Positions 44,063 through 52,844 of a stretch of 64,000 bases of DNA are shown here, piece by piece. This DNA is from a virus. Every line of letters starts with the position of its first letter. Positions within the stretch are counted from its first letter, which is position 1. The translations under genes were made by a program, and so were the position numbers. The stretch is from the IMG/VR virus record IMGVR_UViG_3300045988_143923. The stretch is one strand, 5' to 3'. The notes beneath the pieces were generated by a model. That model searched no databases, was not told the origin of the DNA, and saw only the letters and a program-made list of their open reading frames with translations.

Positions 44063-44136
44063 GCGCTTGTGTTGTAATGGCAGCAAATCAGCTTCCCAAG
44101 CTGAGAGTGCGGGTTCGATCCCCGTCAGGCGCTCCA
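44063..44136 (+). tRNA. tRNA-Gly (CCC)
   Basis: Acceptor GCGCTTG/CAGGCGC, anticodon arm TCAGC-TTCCCAA-GCTGA, T arm GCGGG-TTCGATC-CCCGT, CCA encoded. Confidence 0.85.
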
Positions 44137-44210
44137 CCCCGAAAGGGGTCATTGTTTAACTCTCCGACAATCCGGAAAGACGGACGGCGGCGTGGAATGC
44201 GCCGCAACAT

Positions 44211-44287
44211 GGGTCTTTAGCGCAACTGGTTAGTGCCTTCGGCTCATAACCGAAAGATTGCGGGTTCGAGTCCCGCAAGACCCACCA
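44211..44287 (+). tRNA. tRNA-Met/Ile2 (CAT)
   Basis: Acceptor GGGTCTT/AAGACCC, anticodon arm TTCGG-CTCATAA-CCGAA, T arm GCGGG-TTCGAGT-CCCGC, CCA. Confidence 0.85.
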
Positions 44288-44341
44288 CCGACGCAAGTCG
44301 GCAACTCCTTTCAATGCTAGGAGGCGGCAACGCCTCCAAAC

Positions 44342-44417
44342 CACCCATTAACTCAACTGGCAGAGTAATCGGCCTTTAACCGATAAGTTCCGAGTTCAAA
44401 CCTCGGATGGGTGACCA
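44342..44417 (+). tRNA. tRNA-Lys (TTT) with unusual C33
   Basis: Acceptor CACCCAT/ATGGGTG, anticodon arm ATCGG-CCTTTAA-CCGAT (second loop position is C, not U), T arm CCGAG-TTCAAAC-CTCGG, CCA. Confidence 0.7.
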
Positions 44418-44552
44418 CGTCCGCCGCGCAGGACAAAAATAATTCAAATTGGAGGAACTCCCAACCAAGGTTTCCAAGCCGCGCGGGGCACGACGTTGCC
44501 CAGACGTCAACAATTTCATAAACGGGTTGCCCGCCCCGTCAGCGGGTGATCT

Positions 44553-44608
44553 GCTCTCGTAGCTCAAGGCAGAGCAGGGCGATGTCGGTTCGATTCCGAC
44601 TGAGAGCA
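44553..44608 (+). ncRNA. 56-nt tRNA-like element lacking an anticodon arm
   Basis: Acceptor GCTCTCG/TGAGAGC, D arm GCTC-AAGGCA-GAGC, T arm GTCGG-TTCGATT-CCGAC; only 8 nt (A26 plus GGGCGAT) lie between the D and T arms; no CCA. Confidence 0.45.
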
Positions 44609-44614
44609 GCACAT

Positions 44615-44708
44615 AGAGGAGTGGTGTAACGGTCAGCACGCAGGGTTCTAACCCCTGAGCAGGTGACACCCTGCGTCGGTCTGGGTTCGAGTCCCGGCTC
44701 CTCCGCCA
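44615..44708 (+). tRNA. amber suppressor tRNA (anticodon CTA), class-II scaffold
   Basis: Anticodon arm CAGGG-TTCTAAC-CCCTG (CTA at 44648-44650); 23-nt variable region with GCAGG/CCTGC helix; T arm CTGGG-TTCGAGT-CCCGG; acceptor AGAGGAG/CTCCTCC (A1-C72 mismatch); G73; CCA. Confidence 0.75.
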
Positions 44709-44734
44709 GAGCAAAAAAGAAAGTCGGTGAAGCA

Positions 44735-45241
44735 GTGTTAGAAAAAGAATATGTCCTATACCATTCAAAGAAAAAGCGATATGTCGCTATTGACAGTAAA
44801 GCAAGACCGACATTTGTGTTCGATCCGGCTAAAGCAAAAGCATTCACGCACACGGCGGCTAAGAATTTTCTCCGAGTAAATGCCCGCGGCGAATTCAAAA
44901 ACTGTTGTATCGAGCCAGTAGATGAGAAAGTCAGACAGCAGCTTGTACCGATTGTGAACGCGGCGGTTTCCCAGAGTGATGTTCTGCAAAAGATCATCGA
45001 CGACCTTTCGATTACGGTGCATGACTGTGATCTAAAGATGGTTGACTTGTACCACTTCGCTGGAAACAATCCCAAACTTCCAGCGCATCGCGGCTACAAA
45101 ATCTATAAAAAACTGGCCGAGCTTGTGCAGGAACGAGCCAAAGCCAAGGCGCAAATCCAAGCCATTAAGTCAGCAATGACTTATGAATATGTACCATACA
45201 ACCCAAGAACCGAGCTTTATAACGAGCTCGACAAAATGTGA
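44735..45241 (+). CDS. hypothetical protein
   Basis: 168 aa from GTG 44735 (GGTGA upstream). Upstream in-frame codons overlap the suppressor tRNA. Confidence 0.55.
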   Translation: MLEKEYVLYHSKKKRYVAIDSKARPTFVFDPAKAKAFTHTAAKNFLRVNARGEFKNCCIEPVDEKVRQQLVPIVNAAVSQSDVLQKIIDDLSITVHDCDLKMVDLYHFAGNNPKLPAHRGYKIYKKLAELVQERAKAKAQIQAIKSAMTYEYVPYNPRTELYNELDKM

Positions 45242-45251
45242 GGTGATTAAA

Positions 45252-45797
45252 ATGCCAACCCTTGTCGTAAATTTGTTCGGCGGCCCCGGAAGCGGCAAAT
45301 CTACCGGTGCGGCGTATGTTTTCGCAAGATTGAAAATGCTGGGGTATAACGCTGAACTGGTAACCGAGTTTGCGAAAGACAAAACTTGGGAGAAAAACGA
45401 AACTGCTCTCGCCGCACAGGACTACATCACAGCAAAACAGCATTACAGACTACGGCGCTGTGCTGATCAGGTAGATGTCGTTATTACAGATTCTCCGTTG
45501 CTTCTTGGACTGGTTTATCTTAATAAAGATGACCCATGTTACGGAGAGGTGTACAAGCAGTACACGCTGAACATTTGGAACACCTACAACAATCTCAATT
45601 ACTTTCTGGCTCGAGTGAAGGAATACAATCCAGCAGGACGCAACCAAACAGAGGCTGAAGCTGATGGCGTCGCCGAGCTCATCCTGAAAACCTTGAACCA
45701 AAACGGCATCGAATTCCAATACACAACCGGAGATATGGTCGGCTATGACCGTATCGTAGAAGACGTAATCGACCAACTGAAGAAAAAAGGAGACTGA
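45252..45797 (+). CDS. P-loop NTPase (nucleotide kinase-like)
   Basis: 181 aa from ATG 45252; Walker A GGPGSGKST; Walker B-like VVITDSP. Confidence 0.6.
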   Translation: MPTLVVNLFGGPGSGKSTGAAYVFARLKMLGYNAELVTEFAKDKTWEKNETALAAQDYITAKQHYRLRRCADQVDVVITDSPLLLGLVYLNKDDPCYGEVYKQYTLNIWNTYNNLNYFLARVKEYNPAGRNQTEAEADGVAELILKTLNQNGIEFQYTTGDMVGYDRIVEDVIDQLKKKGD

Positions 45798-45799
45798 AT

Positions 45800-46393
45800 A
45801 TGAACAAGCACGCACTTCGACGAGCGGCGGCCGCAGCCGCCTGTTTAACCACCGTACTTACCGTAAGCGCAGGAGCAGTAAGCTCCGCGGATATCAAGAA
45901 GGATCTTGATAAGGCGCTACAGCAGCGCAATGCAGCGCATCAGCTCGCAGAAAATGCCCGCGCACTCGGCGCAGAAGAGCATCATTACACCATCTGGTAC
46001 GCCAAGCAGATGTGGAATGAGCATAACGAAACCGTCATCGATCTGACCGCGCAGTACAACGCGGCGGTCGCAGAGGAAAAGAAAAAGGCCGAGGAAAACT
46101 CCAAGGGTCGGCTTCTTGGACGTTATAAGCTGACTTTCTACACGGGCGCCGCTGATGAAGGTGGAAGTATTACCGCTCTCGGAACACCGGTGACGCCGTG
46201 GTACACGGTGGCGGTTGATCCGCGAGTGATTCCTCTCGGTTCCAAGATTCGCATTGAAGGTTACGATGGCGTCTTCTACTGCGCTGACACAGGATCGGCC
46301 ATTCATGGTTCGATTATCGATGTTGCCGTCGGCAGTAAATCCGAAGCAAGTCGCCTCGGCATCCAGTATCGTAATGTTTATCTCGTAAAGTGA
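45800..46393 (+). CDS. secreted 3D-domain (MltA/RlpA-like) peptidoglycan hydrolase
   Basis: 197 aa; signal peptide; C-terminal ...YKLTFYTG...TALGTPV....VAVDP.VIPLGSKIRIEGY...YCADTGSAI.G..IDV resembles the 3D domain. Confidence 0.6.
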   Translation: MNKHALRRAAAAAACLTTVLTVSAGAVSSADIKKDLDKALQQRNAAHQLAENARALGAEEHHYTIWYAKQMWNEHNETVIDLTAQYNAAVAEEKKKAEENSKGRLLGRYKLTFYTGAADEGGSITALGTPVTPWYTVAVDPRVIPLGSKIRIEGYDGVFYCADTGSAIHGSIIDVAVGSKSEASRLGIQYRNVYLVK

Positions 46394-46406
46394 GGTCAAA
46401 GCAATC

Positions 46407-46664
46407 TTGAAAGGGAAGTATTTCCTCGGCGGCTTGATCGCCGTAATAATGGCGCTCGGACTGACTGCCTGCGGTTCACAGCCGATTGAGAATCCAACAA
46501 GCCTGCAAGCGCATTTTGTCAAAATCGCCTCCTATCCCTATTATGACATCGTGTATAACGCTGCAAACCGTGTAATGTATACACAATCTCGCGGTATGTA
46601 CAATCGCGGAACGCTCACACTTCTTGTCAACGATGATGGTTCACCAATGATTTGGAAGGGCTGA
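46407..46664 (+). CDS. lipoprotein (TTG start)
   Basis: 85 aa; lipobox LGLTAC after a hydrophobic N-terminus. Confidence 0.55.
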   Translation: MKGKYFLGGLIAVIMALGLTACGSQPIENPTSLQAHFVKIASYPYYDIVYNAANRVMYTQSRGMYNRGTLTLLVNDDGSPMIWKG

Positions 46665-46754
46665 TTCCATGAGTAAAAGCGTATATCTGGCTGCCGCCGC
46701 CCTGGCTTTGTTCCTGTTGGCGGCAACCGCAGTAAGTGTTTTTTGAGGTGAATT

Positions 46755-46946
46755 ATGAAATCTGAATTTGGCATCTTAGGCGATGACAAAAAGCACACGG
46801 TTACAGTTCTCGTCGATGGTTTCCGGTTATTTAAGATCGAAAATCCAGAGATTGAAGTAACTGTTGATCAGACAGAAGCTGTAAAGCAAATCGCTCCGGG
46901 CGTTTTTGAGAAAAAATACTCGCAGACTCCGTTATTGCCAAAGTAG
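46755..46946 (+). CDS. hypothetical protein (TAG stop)
   Basis: 63 aa, GAGGTGA RBS. Confidence 0.55.
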   Translation: MKSEFGILGDDKKHTVTVLVDGFRLFKIENPEIEVTVDQTEAVKQIAPGVFEKKYSQTPLLPK

Positions 46947-47003
46947 AAATCAAGGGCAGAATTGACATGACCACAGAGATTACGTTTGGAGGGAACTGAC
47001 ACG

Positions 47004-47309
47004 ATGAAAAAATACATCTACCGTCCACAAAGAGGAGGACTCGCAGAGGCGATGAAGGAAGTTAAGGAATTTGATACGGTCGATGAACTCAGGTCTCATG
47101 TAGCAAGCCATTTCAATGATATTTCTCCTGACTTAGTGAATCCAGACGATGTAGTAATTGACGAAGAATCGAGAAGCGATCCGCGAATTGGTTGGGGAAA
47201 TGAGCATATGGTTTTGATCAACAAATGTGGCGGCACTGATTTTATCCAAGAATATGGCTGCGGGCAATGTGTTGGCTTTGTGAATATCAATACGTTTGGA
47301 GGCGATTAA
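47004..47309 (+). CDS. hypothetical protein
   Basis: 101 aa from ATG 47004 (GGAGGG upstream). Confidence 0.6.
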   Translation: MKKYIYRPQRGGLAEAMKEVKEFDTVDELRSHVASHFNDISPDLVNPDDVVIDEESRSDPRIGWGNEHMVLINKCGGTDFIQEYGCGQCVGFVNINTFGGD

Positions 47310-47310
47310 A

Positions 47311-47682
47311 GTGGACTTTCATGTAGGTGAATACGTAGAATTAGCCGATGGCAGCGTTGGTTATATTGTCAGGTTTTATGACAGCAGCGATTATGCCGGT
47401 CTTGTAAGATTGAGACGTAAAACAATCGAAGTGAGGATAACGGCATCAGAAAAGGATGAAGGGTCTCTTAGATCGATACTTGTGTACGAAGGAGATTCTC
47501 TTTCTGATTATTTCGCTCGGGTAGGCAACAGAAAACTAAGAGAAGACAAAAAGAATAAAATCAAGCCGGTCAACACTGATGGAGTTTTCGTCAGCCAGAC
47601 AGAGCTCTTGATTACCAACAAAGTAGACGAATTAGTCGAAGCAGTCAACAAAATCAACGAACAGTTAGCGAAGGAGCGATAA
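47311..47682 (+). CDS. hypothetical protein (GTG start)
   Basis: 123 aa; GGAGG 8 nt upstream of GTG 47311. Confidence 0.55.
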   Translation: MDFHVGEYVELADGSVGYIVRFYDSSDYAGLVRLRRKTIEVRITASEKDEGSLRSILVYEGDSLSDYFARVGNRKLREDKKNKIKPVNTDGVFVSQTELLITNKVDELVEAVNKINEQLAKER

Positions 47683-47684
47683 AA

Positions 47685-48095
47685 ATGGCAGACAATAATA
47701 CGAACTGGCAAGTAGTTCTTATTCGCGACGGAGAAATTTACGGATACATGGATGAACCGAATGTCTACGCAAGACACATGAAGGATGTCCCTCATCTTGT
47801 GTTTACGGCAGAAGGCGGTGTAAAAACTCTGCGAAGAGGTCGAACAAACACATGGAAAGCCAACGAGCTGTGCAGGGAACTGGAGAAGATCATCAGCCCG
47901 GAGTCTGCTGCGGAACATAAGAAAGAAAACAAACCGTATCTCGTCTACGGAATTGACATTAAAAGTCTCGAAAGAATGCTTGTTCCGAATGCAGAAATGT
48001 TCCCGATTGAGGTAACCGCCAAGATCAACGAACTGATTTCCGCAGTAAAGACACTTAACGAACGCTTTGAGGAGGATATTTACCATGCAGACTAA
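47685..48095 (+). CDS. hypothetical protein
   Basis: 136 aa, AAGGAG RBS. Confidence 0.6.
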   Translation: MADNNTNWQVVLIRDGEIYGYMDEPNVYARHMKDVPHLVFTAEGGVKTLRRGRTNTWKANELCRELEKIISPESAAEHKKENKPYLVYGIDIKSLERMLVPNAEMFPIEVTAKINELISAVKTLNERFEEDIYHAD

Positions 48096-48705
48096 ACCCA
48101 CGTTCTACATGATGGTCGGCGTGCCGGGTTCCGGCAAAACCACCTACGCCCACCAGATTCCGAACGCAACCGTGCTCTCAAGTGACGATATTCGCGCTGA
48201 GATCGGAGCAGACGGCGGCGACAAGAAAATGCACAAGCAGGTCTTCGATATCCTGCATGAGCGTACAAAGGAAACACTTTCTGTTGGTAAAGATGTTGTT
48301 TACGATGCAACGAATCTGCGGCATACGCGCCGCACCGAGCTTCTGAATGAGCTCAAGGGATTGGCTGACCACAAGGTTTGCGTTTACTTTGCAATCCCGT
48401 TGGAACAGGCGCTGTCCCAGAATGCCGACCGCGACACGCCGGTTCCGGAAGAAGTGATCAAGCGCATGAATCTGGAGCTGTGTGAGCCGAGAATTGATGA
48501 GGGCTGGGATGAAATCAAAGTCATCCGTAGTCTGCCGGAGCGCAACATCGACCGTATCCGCAAGATGACGGTTCGGAAGATGGCAGAATTCTTAATAAAC
48601 GAGTGCAGTGATGCTGTTGATCACGTTTTCGCTTACGCATCCGCAGAAAGAAAGGACTTGGTTGCTGATTGCGTCGATTGGCTGAACCGTCCTGCCGAGG
48701 ATTAA
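48085..48705 (+). CDS. P-loop kinase (AAA_33 / polynucleotide-kinase-like)
   Basis: 206 aa from ATG 48085 (GAGGAGG); VGVPGSGKTT Walker A, ...DATN... and R-rich lid typical of PNK/zeta-like kinases. Confidence 0.6.
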   Translation: MQTKPTFYMMVGVPGSGKTTYAHQIPNATVLSSDDIRAEIGADGGDKKMHKQVFDILHERTKETLSVGKDVVYDATNLRHTRRTELLNELKGLADHKVCVYFAIPLEQALSQNADRDTPVPEEVIKRMNLELCEPRIDEGWDEIKVIRSLPERNIDRIRKMTVRKMAEFLINECSDAVDHVFAYASAERKDLVADCVDWLNRPAED

Positions 48706-48708
48706 CCC

Positions 48709-48912
48709 ATGTTTTTTGATCTCGGAGAAACCTACAGCGTCATCATTGAGCAGTACATCGGAAATACGTTGGTCAGCCGTCAGCAGATAGCCGCACCGAA
48801 AGAATTTTTGATGATGCAGTTTATGGGGCTATGTGAGGAAGCCTCTCGTCAGCCGCAGCCAATCAAGCTGAGAATGGTTCGCTATGAAGAGGAGTCAATG
48901 ACCCATGACTAA
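48709..48912 (+). CDS. hypothetical protein
   Basis: 67-aa ORF, weak RBS. Confidence 0.5.
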   Translation: MFFDLGETYSVIIEQYIGNTLVSRQQIAAPKEFLMMQFMGLCEEASRQPQPIKLRMVRYEEESMTHD

Positions 48913-49198
48913 AGTCACGGGCTTGCGCAAACGAGCTCAGATTTTAGCTATGCTCGAAAGAGTGCATTGACTACCCTATGCACCGTAAGAGGTGCCCCGT
49001 TGCTCGCGAATAGATAGTTACCGCATAGCGTTAATCCTAACTGTGCGCTCTAAGACAACACATCACATAAAGCTGAGGTAAGGCCGACAGGTGTGGCTGA
49101 GTAAACCGCTTGCAACTTTGGGTAAGGATTTCGACTCCTCTTTAGAGGAGAACAGCTTCTTTTTAGTTGTTAATTTATTAGGAAAGGAGCGTGACATC
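48913..49198 (+). ncRNA. candidate omega-RNA (HEARO-type) upstream of iscB
   Basis: ORF-free, stem-rich (e.g. CTCCTC-TTTA-GAGGAG) and located where IscB guide RNAs are encoded; boundaries not determined. Confidence 0.45.
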
Positions 49199-50458
49199 AT
49201 GTATGTATACGTTATCAACAAGCATGGCGAGCCTTTGATGCCATGCTCATCACGCAAGGCTCGTACATTGTTGAACAATAAGAAAGCGTGTGTAGTGAAG
49301 CGCACGCCGTTTACCATCAAGCTCCTGCACGGCAGTGCAGGATACAAACAACCGATCACCCTCGGCGTTGACGCAGGAAGTAAACACATTGGTCTTTCTG
49401 TATCGACTGAAACTCATGAAATCTATCGCGAGGAGTTTGCGCCTCGTAATGATGTAGTGGATTTACTTTCTACACGCAGAGAATTCCGTCATGCAAGACG
49501 CAATCGAAAGACTCGCCACCGTGCACCGAGATTTAATAATCGCGTACATAGCAAACACAAGGGTTGGTTAGCTCCATCCGTAGAGGTTAAAATTCAGGAG
49601 CATATCACTGTTATTAAGCATGTGTGTCAGATTATGCCTATCTCGCTTGTTCGAGTGGAAACGGCAGAGTTCGACACGCAGCGCCTGAAAGCAATGATTG
49701 CAGGGAAACCTCTGCCGGTGGGTACAGATTATCAGTTTGGTGAAATGTACGACGAATACAATGTTCGTCAGTATGTATTGAAGCGTGATAACTATACTTG
49801 CCAGTGCTGTGGAGCACATGCAACAAAGACAAAGCAGGTTAAGCTGCATGTACATCATTTGGAGAGTCGAAAGGTAGGAGGTAATGCGCCAAATAATCTG
49901 ATTACTTTGTGTCCAATCTGTCATAAGGCTATCCATGAAGGTAAGAAAGCTCTTGGTAAGAAGAAACGCGGCAAGCCGCTTCGAGATGCTGCGTTCATGG
50001 GTATCATGCGAAAGACCCTGCTTGCTCGGCTGCGTGAAGAGTTATCAATCCCGGTGCAACAGACGTATGGCTACATTACTAAGATGCTTCGTGAGAAGAA
50101 TAATCTTCTTAAAAGCCACATGAATGATGCATTGTGCATTGCAAAACATCCGAAAGCAGCACCTTGCGAAAATTGTTATCGGTCGAAAGCCGTAAGGCAT
50201 CACAATCGGCAGATTCACAAGGCAACGATCCTTAAAGGCGGTATTCGTAAGAATAATCAAGCTCCATACATTGTAAAAGGTTTCCGCCTTTGGGACAAGG
50301 TTCTGTATAACGGACAGGAATGCTTTATCTCCGGACGACGTGCGACAGGATATTTTGCCTTGAAAAAGTTAGACGGCACGGTTGTTACCACCGGTGCATC
50401 ATATAAAAAGTTGCGGTTGTTGGAAACCACTAAAAATTATTTAAGAGAAAGGATGTGA
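49199..50458 (+). CDS. iscB: IscB-like RNA-guided nuclease (PLMP + RuvC + HNH)
   Basis: 419 aa from ATG 49199: GEPLMPC (PLMP), LGVDAGSKHIG (RuvC-I), Arg-rich bridge TRREFRHARRNRKTRHR, ETAEFD (RuvC-II), CQCCG...HVHHLESRKVGG...NLITLCPICHKAIH (HNH), SHMNDALCIA (RuvC-III). Confidence 0.8.
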   Translation: MYVYVINKHGEPLMPCSSRKARTLLNNKKACVVKRTPFTIKLLHGSAGYKQPITLGVDAGSKHIGLSVSTETHEIYREEFAPRNDVVDLLSTRREFRHARRNRKTRHRAPRFNNRVHSKHKGWLAPSVEVKIQEHITVIKHVCQIMPISLVRVETAEFDTQRLKAMIAGKPLPVGTDYQFGEMYDEYNVRQYVLKRDNYTCQCCGAHATKTKQVKLHVHHLESRKVGGNAPNNLITLCPICHKAIHEGKKALGKKKRGKPLRDAAFMGIMRKTLLARLREELSIPVQQTYGYITKMLREKNNLLKSHMNDALCIAKHPKAAPCENCYRSKAVRHHNRQIHKATILKGGIRKNNQAPYIVKGFRLWDKVLYNGQECFISGRRATGYFALKKLDGTVVTTGASYKKLRLLETTKNYLRERM

Positions 50459-50586
50459 ATGGGCAAGTCCTCCCACGATTAAAATCGCGAGGCTCCTTGC
50501 CTAATGGAATGGAATCAGCTTGAACAGCAGGTAAAGCGGCTTGAGTTCAGCATTGAATTTCGTAGTAACAGATTCGGAGGTTGATT

Positions 50587-50694
50587 ATGAGAAGACAAAC
50601 GTTAAATCGACTGGGCGACATCGCCGCAGGGATGCTCTTCGGCGCAGTGATGCTCATTCCGATGTTCCTCTACGTTTGGGGTTACGGGGTATGA
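50587..50694 (+). CDS. 35-aa membrane peptide
   Basis: GGAGG RBS; hydrophobic core; ATGA-coupled to the next gene. Confidence 0.4.
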   Translation: MRRQTLNRLGDIAAGMLFGAVMLIPMFLYVWGYGV

Positions 50695-51542
50695 GTTCAT
50701 TTAAGGTTGGCGATCAGGTATGGGTTCCGCATGCGGTAGACATGGCGTGGGAACCCAGCCTTACGAAAGTAAAAAGAATCGAGCTCGACCCATATGGCAA
50801 CCCGCACTACGTTGTTGACTTACTGTTCCAGCGCTCTGCGCTCAGAGAGGAACTGCATCCAGAGGAATGTAAGTTCTTAGAGAACCGGGTTTTCGCTGAT
50901 TATCCGTCCTGTGAGAAGTTCGTCAAAGAGTATTACTACGACGGCTTGTGCCATGGATGTCATTACGAAGACCAGTGCGGTCACATCTGGATGTGTCAGC
51001 AATGCGAATACGCAAAGTGGACTTATGACAAATATGGTCACAAAGCCGCTCAGGTCTGCGCTCGAAACGAAATACAAGTATCTACAGATACGATTCGAAA
51101 CGGTCAAGAGTGTTGTAGATATTTTAAGCCGATTCTGCCGCAGAACAAAGAAACCTACCAGTCGTGGGAGCATTACGAAGATGTTCTTCGGAACTGCGAG
51201 TTCAACCAAAAATGTGAGCACCATAAGAACTCCGCTCACAAAACCTGTTCCTATGAGTATTGGCTAAGTATGTTGCTCCGCATTCCATGTTCCTTTGAGT
51301 ACAAGGATAGAAAAGTAAAGGCTGTCATCGTTCCAAGAAATCTCTGGATTGACCAGACATTTAAGAACGGCGACAACGTGCAGTGCCACAGCCTAATTTT
51401 TGAGCCAATTCTCACGAAGAAGGGTCTAAAGAAGAAAGGCATCGAAAATTATGAATCGTTCGAGTGCCTCAAAACAGTCAACATTTCGACCGGAGAAATC
51501 CAAGCTCCAGGCGAAATAACGAAAGATAAAAGTCAAGTTTGA
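50691..51542 (+). CDS. Cys/His-rich hypothetical protein
   Basis: 283 aa from ATG 50691; many CxxC/HxxC clusters. Confidence 0.6.
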   Translation: MSSFKVGDQVWVPHAVDMAWEPSLTKVKRIELDPYGNPHYVVDLLFQRSALREELHPEECKFLENRVFADYPSCEKFVKEYYYDGLCHGCHYEDQCGHIWMCQQCEYAKWTYDKYGHKAAQVCARNEIQVSTDTIRNGQECCRYFKPILPQNKETYQSWEHYEDVLRNCEFNQKCEHHKNSAHKTCSYEYWLSMLLRIPCSFEYKDRKVKAVIVPRNLWIDQTFKNGDNVQCHSLIFEPILTKKGLKKKGIENYESFECLKTVNISTGEIQAPGEITKDKSQV

Positions 51543-51608
51543 GATGAGAACGAGCTTACGAAACGGAGATTTGGCGAGTGAAACGAATGGTGAAGGACGG
51601 AGCGTGCA

Positions 51609-52232
51609 ATGAAAACTTACACGGAAGCAGAATTGAATGAAATTTTAAGAAATCATAAACATTGGATTCTGAAGAATATAGATGGTTGGAAAGAGATGAG
51701 AGCAGACTTGCGCGGAGCAAGCCTGTGTGGAGCAGACTTGCGCGGAGCAGACTTGCGCGGAGCAAACCTGCGCGAAGTGAAACTGTGCGGAGCAAACCTG
51801 TGCATAGCAGACCTGCGCAGAGCAGACCTGTGCGAAGCGGACCTGTACGGAGCGAACCTGTACGGAGCAGACCTGTGCGGAGCAAAAAATATACCTTTTA
51901 TTCCGATGGCTTGTCCAGATATAGGAACTTTTGTCTCATGGAAAAAGGCAAACGGACACATTGTTAAGTTGGAGATTCCAGAGGATGCCCGTCGAAGTTC
52001 CGCAACGGGAAGAAAGTGCCGATGCGATAAAGCGAAAGTGATAGAGATTCAGGAATTAGATGGTTCACCATCTGAATTAACGGAAGTCGCAAGTGGATAT
52101 GACCGCAATTTTGTTTACCGTGTAGGCGAAATTGCGGAAGAGCCTAAATACGATGAAGATCGTTGGAATGAATGTGCGCCGGGTATTCATTTTTTCATCA
52201 ATCGTCAGGAAGCAGTGGATTACAGTGGTTAA
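51609..52232 (+). CDS. pentapeptide-repeat protein
   Basis: 207 aa; ~14 tandem A(D/N)LxG/A-type pentapeptides ([33 protein letters not shown]...); C-terminal ...APGIHFF.NRQEA. Confidence 0.8.
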   Translation: MKTYTEAELNEILRNHKHWILKNIDGWKEMRADLRGASLCGADLRGADLRGANLREVKLCGANLCIADLRRADLCEADLYGANLYGADLCGAKNIPFIPMACPDIGTFVSWKKANGHIVKLEIPEDARRSSATGRKCRCDKAKVIEIQELDGSPSELTEVASGYDRNFVYRVGEIAEEPKYDEDRWNECAPGIHFFINRQEAVDYSG

Positions 52233-52279
52233 TAGAAATCACACGAAAACTTGTCGGTGCGAGGAATGGGAGGAAAACG

Positions 52280-52465
52280 ATGTGGAGTGAAAACTGTAAT
52301 TGGGCAAACAGGACAAAGGGAATTTGCCCATTCTCGCTGGCAGACAAGGATAAAAGATTTTCTGCCGAGTGTGTGCACGAGAACTGCGCGTGGTATTCCA
52401 CAGAACGCGGAGAATGCGCCGTAAAGGTTATTGCGAGACAGGAGGAAGACGATGGCGATAAGTAA
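52280..52465 (+). CDS. small Cys-rich protein
   Basis: 61 aa from ATG 52280 (RBS GGAGGAAA). Confidence 0.5.
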   Translation: MWSENCNWANRTKGICPFSLADKDKRFSAECVHENCAWYSTERGECAVKVIARQEEDDGDK

Positions 52466-52844
52466 GAAAATCCGCGAAGAAGTATACCGCAAATACGACG
52501 GGCACTGTGCTTATTGCGGCAGAGAGATTGCATACAAAGATATGCAAGTAGATCATTTTCTCCCACTGAGGGCATGGGGAATTGAAGATGCGGGGACAGA
52601 TGATATTTCGAATCTCATGCCGTCCTGTCGAATGTGCAATCATTACAAGCGAGCCCATACGCTGGAAACATTCCGGCGCTACATCGCGGAAATTCCGAGA
52701 AAGCTGCGCGAAAATTACATCTATAAGGTTGGCGTAGTTTACGGGAATGTGATCGAGAATGAAAAGCCGATTGAGTTTTACTTTGAGAAGCAGAAAAGTG
52801 CAACTCATTTGGGAAAGGGGTGCGAAAATGGGTGGATACATTAA
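52452..52844 (+). CDS. HNH endonuclease
   Basis: 130 aa; CAYCG....Y.DMQVDHF.P.......D..SNLMPSCRMCNHYK. Confidence 0.75.
   Translation: MAISKKIREEVYRKYDGHCAYCGREIAYKDMQVDHFLPLRAWGIEDAGTDDISNLMPSCRMCNHYKRAHTLETFRRYIAEIPRKLRENYIYKVGVVYGNVIENEKPIEFYFEKQKSATHLGKGCENGWIH

Larger units (their letters stand above)
48913..50525 (+). mobile_element. non-autonomous IscB (OMEGA) element; ends approximate
   Basis: ~285-nt ORF-free structured leader, iscB ORF, and a downstream imperfect hairpin (GGCAAG...CTTGCC, 50461-50500); no TnpA gene. Confidence 0.55.

Noticed and set aside
44342-44417. Reading the tRNA loop CCUUUAA as an ochre (UUA) suppressor
   Set aside because: This would need a shifted, non-canonical loop register. 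The standard 7-nt numbering gives UUU (Lys) with an unusual C33.
44137-44552. HDV-like (theta) ribozymes immediately 3' of the tRNAs, as reported next to phage suppressor tRNAs
   Set aside because: I tried to thread P1/P2/P3/P1.1 onto the spacers after tRNA-Gly, tRNA-Lys and the 62335 element. I could not obtain a consistent nested double pseudoknot. This is left as a search to run, not a call.
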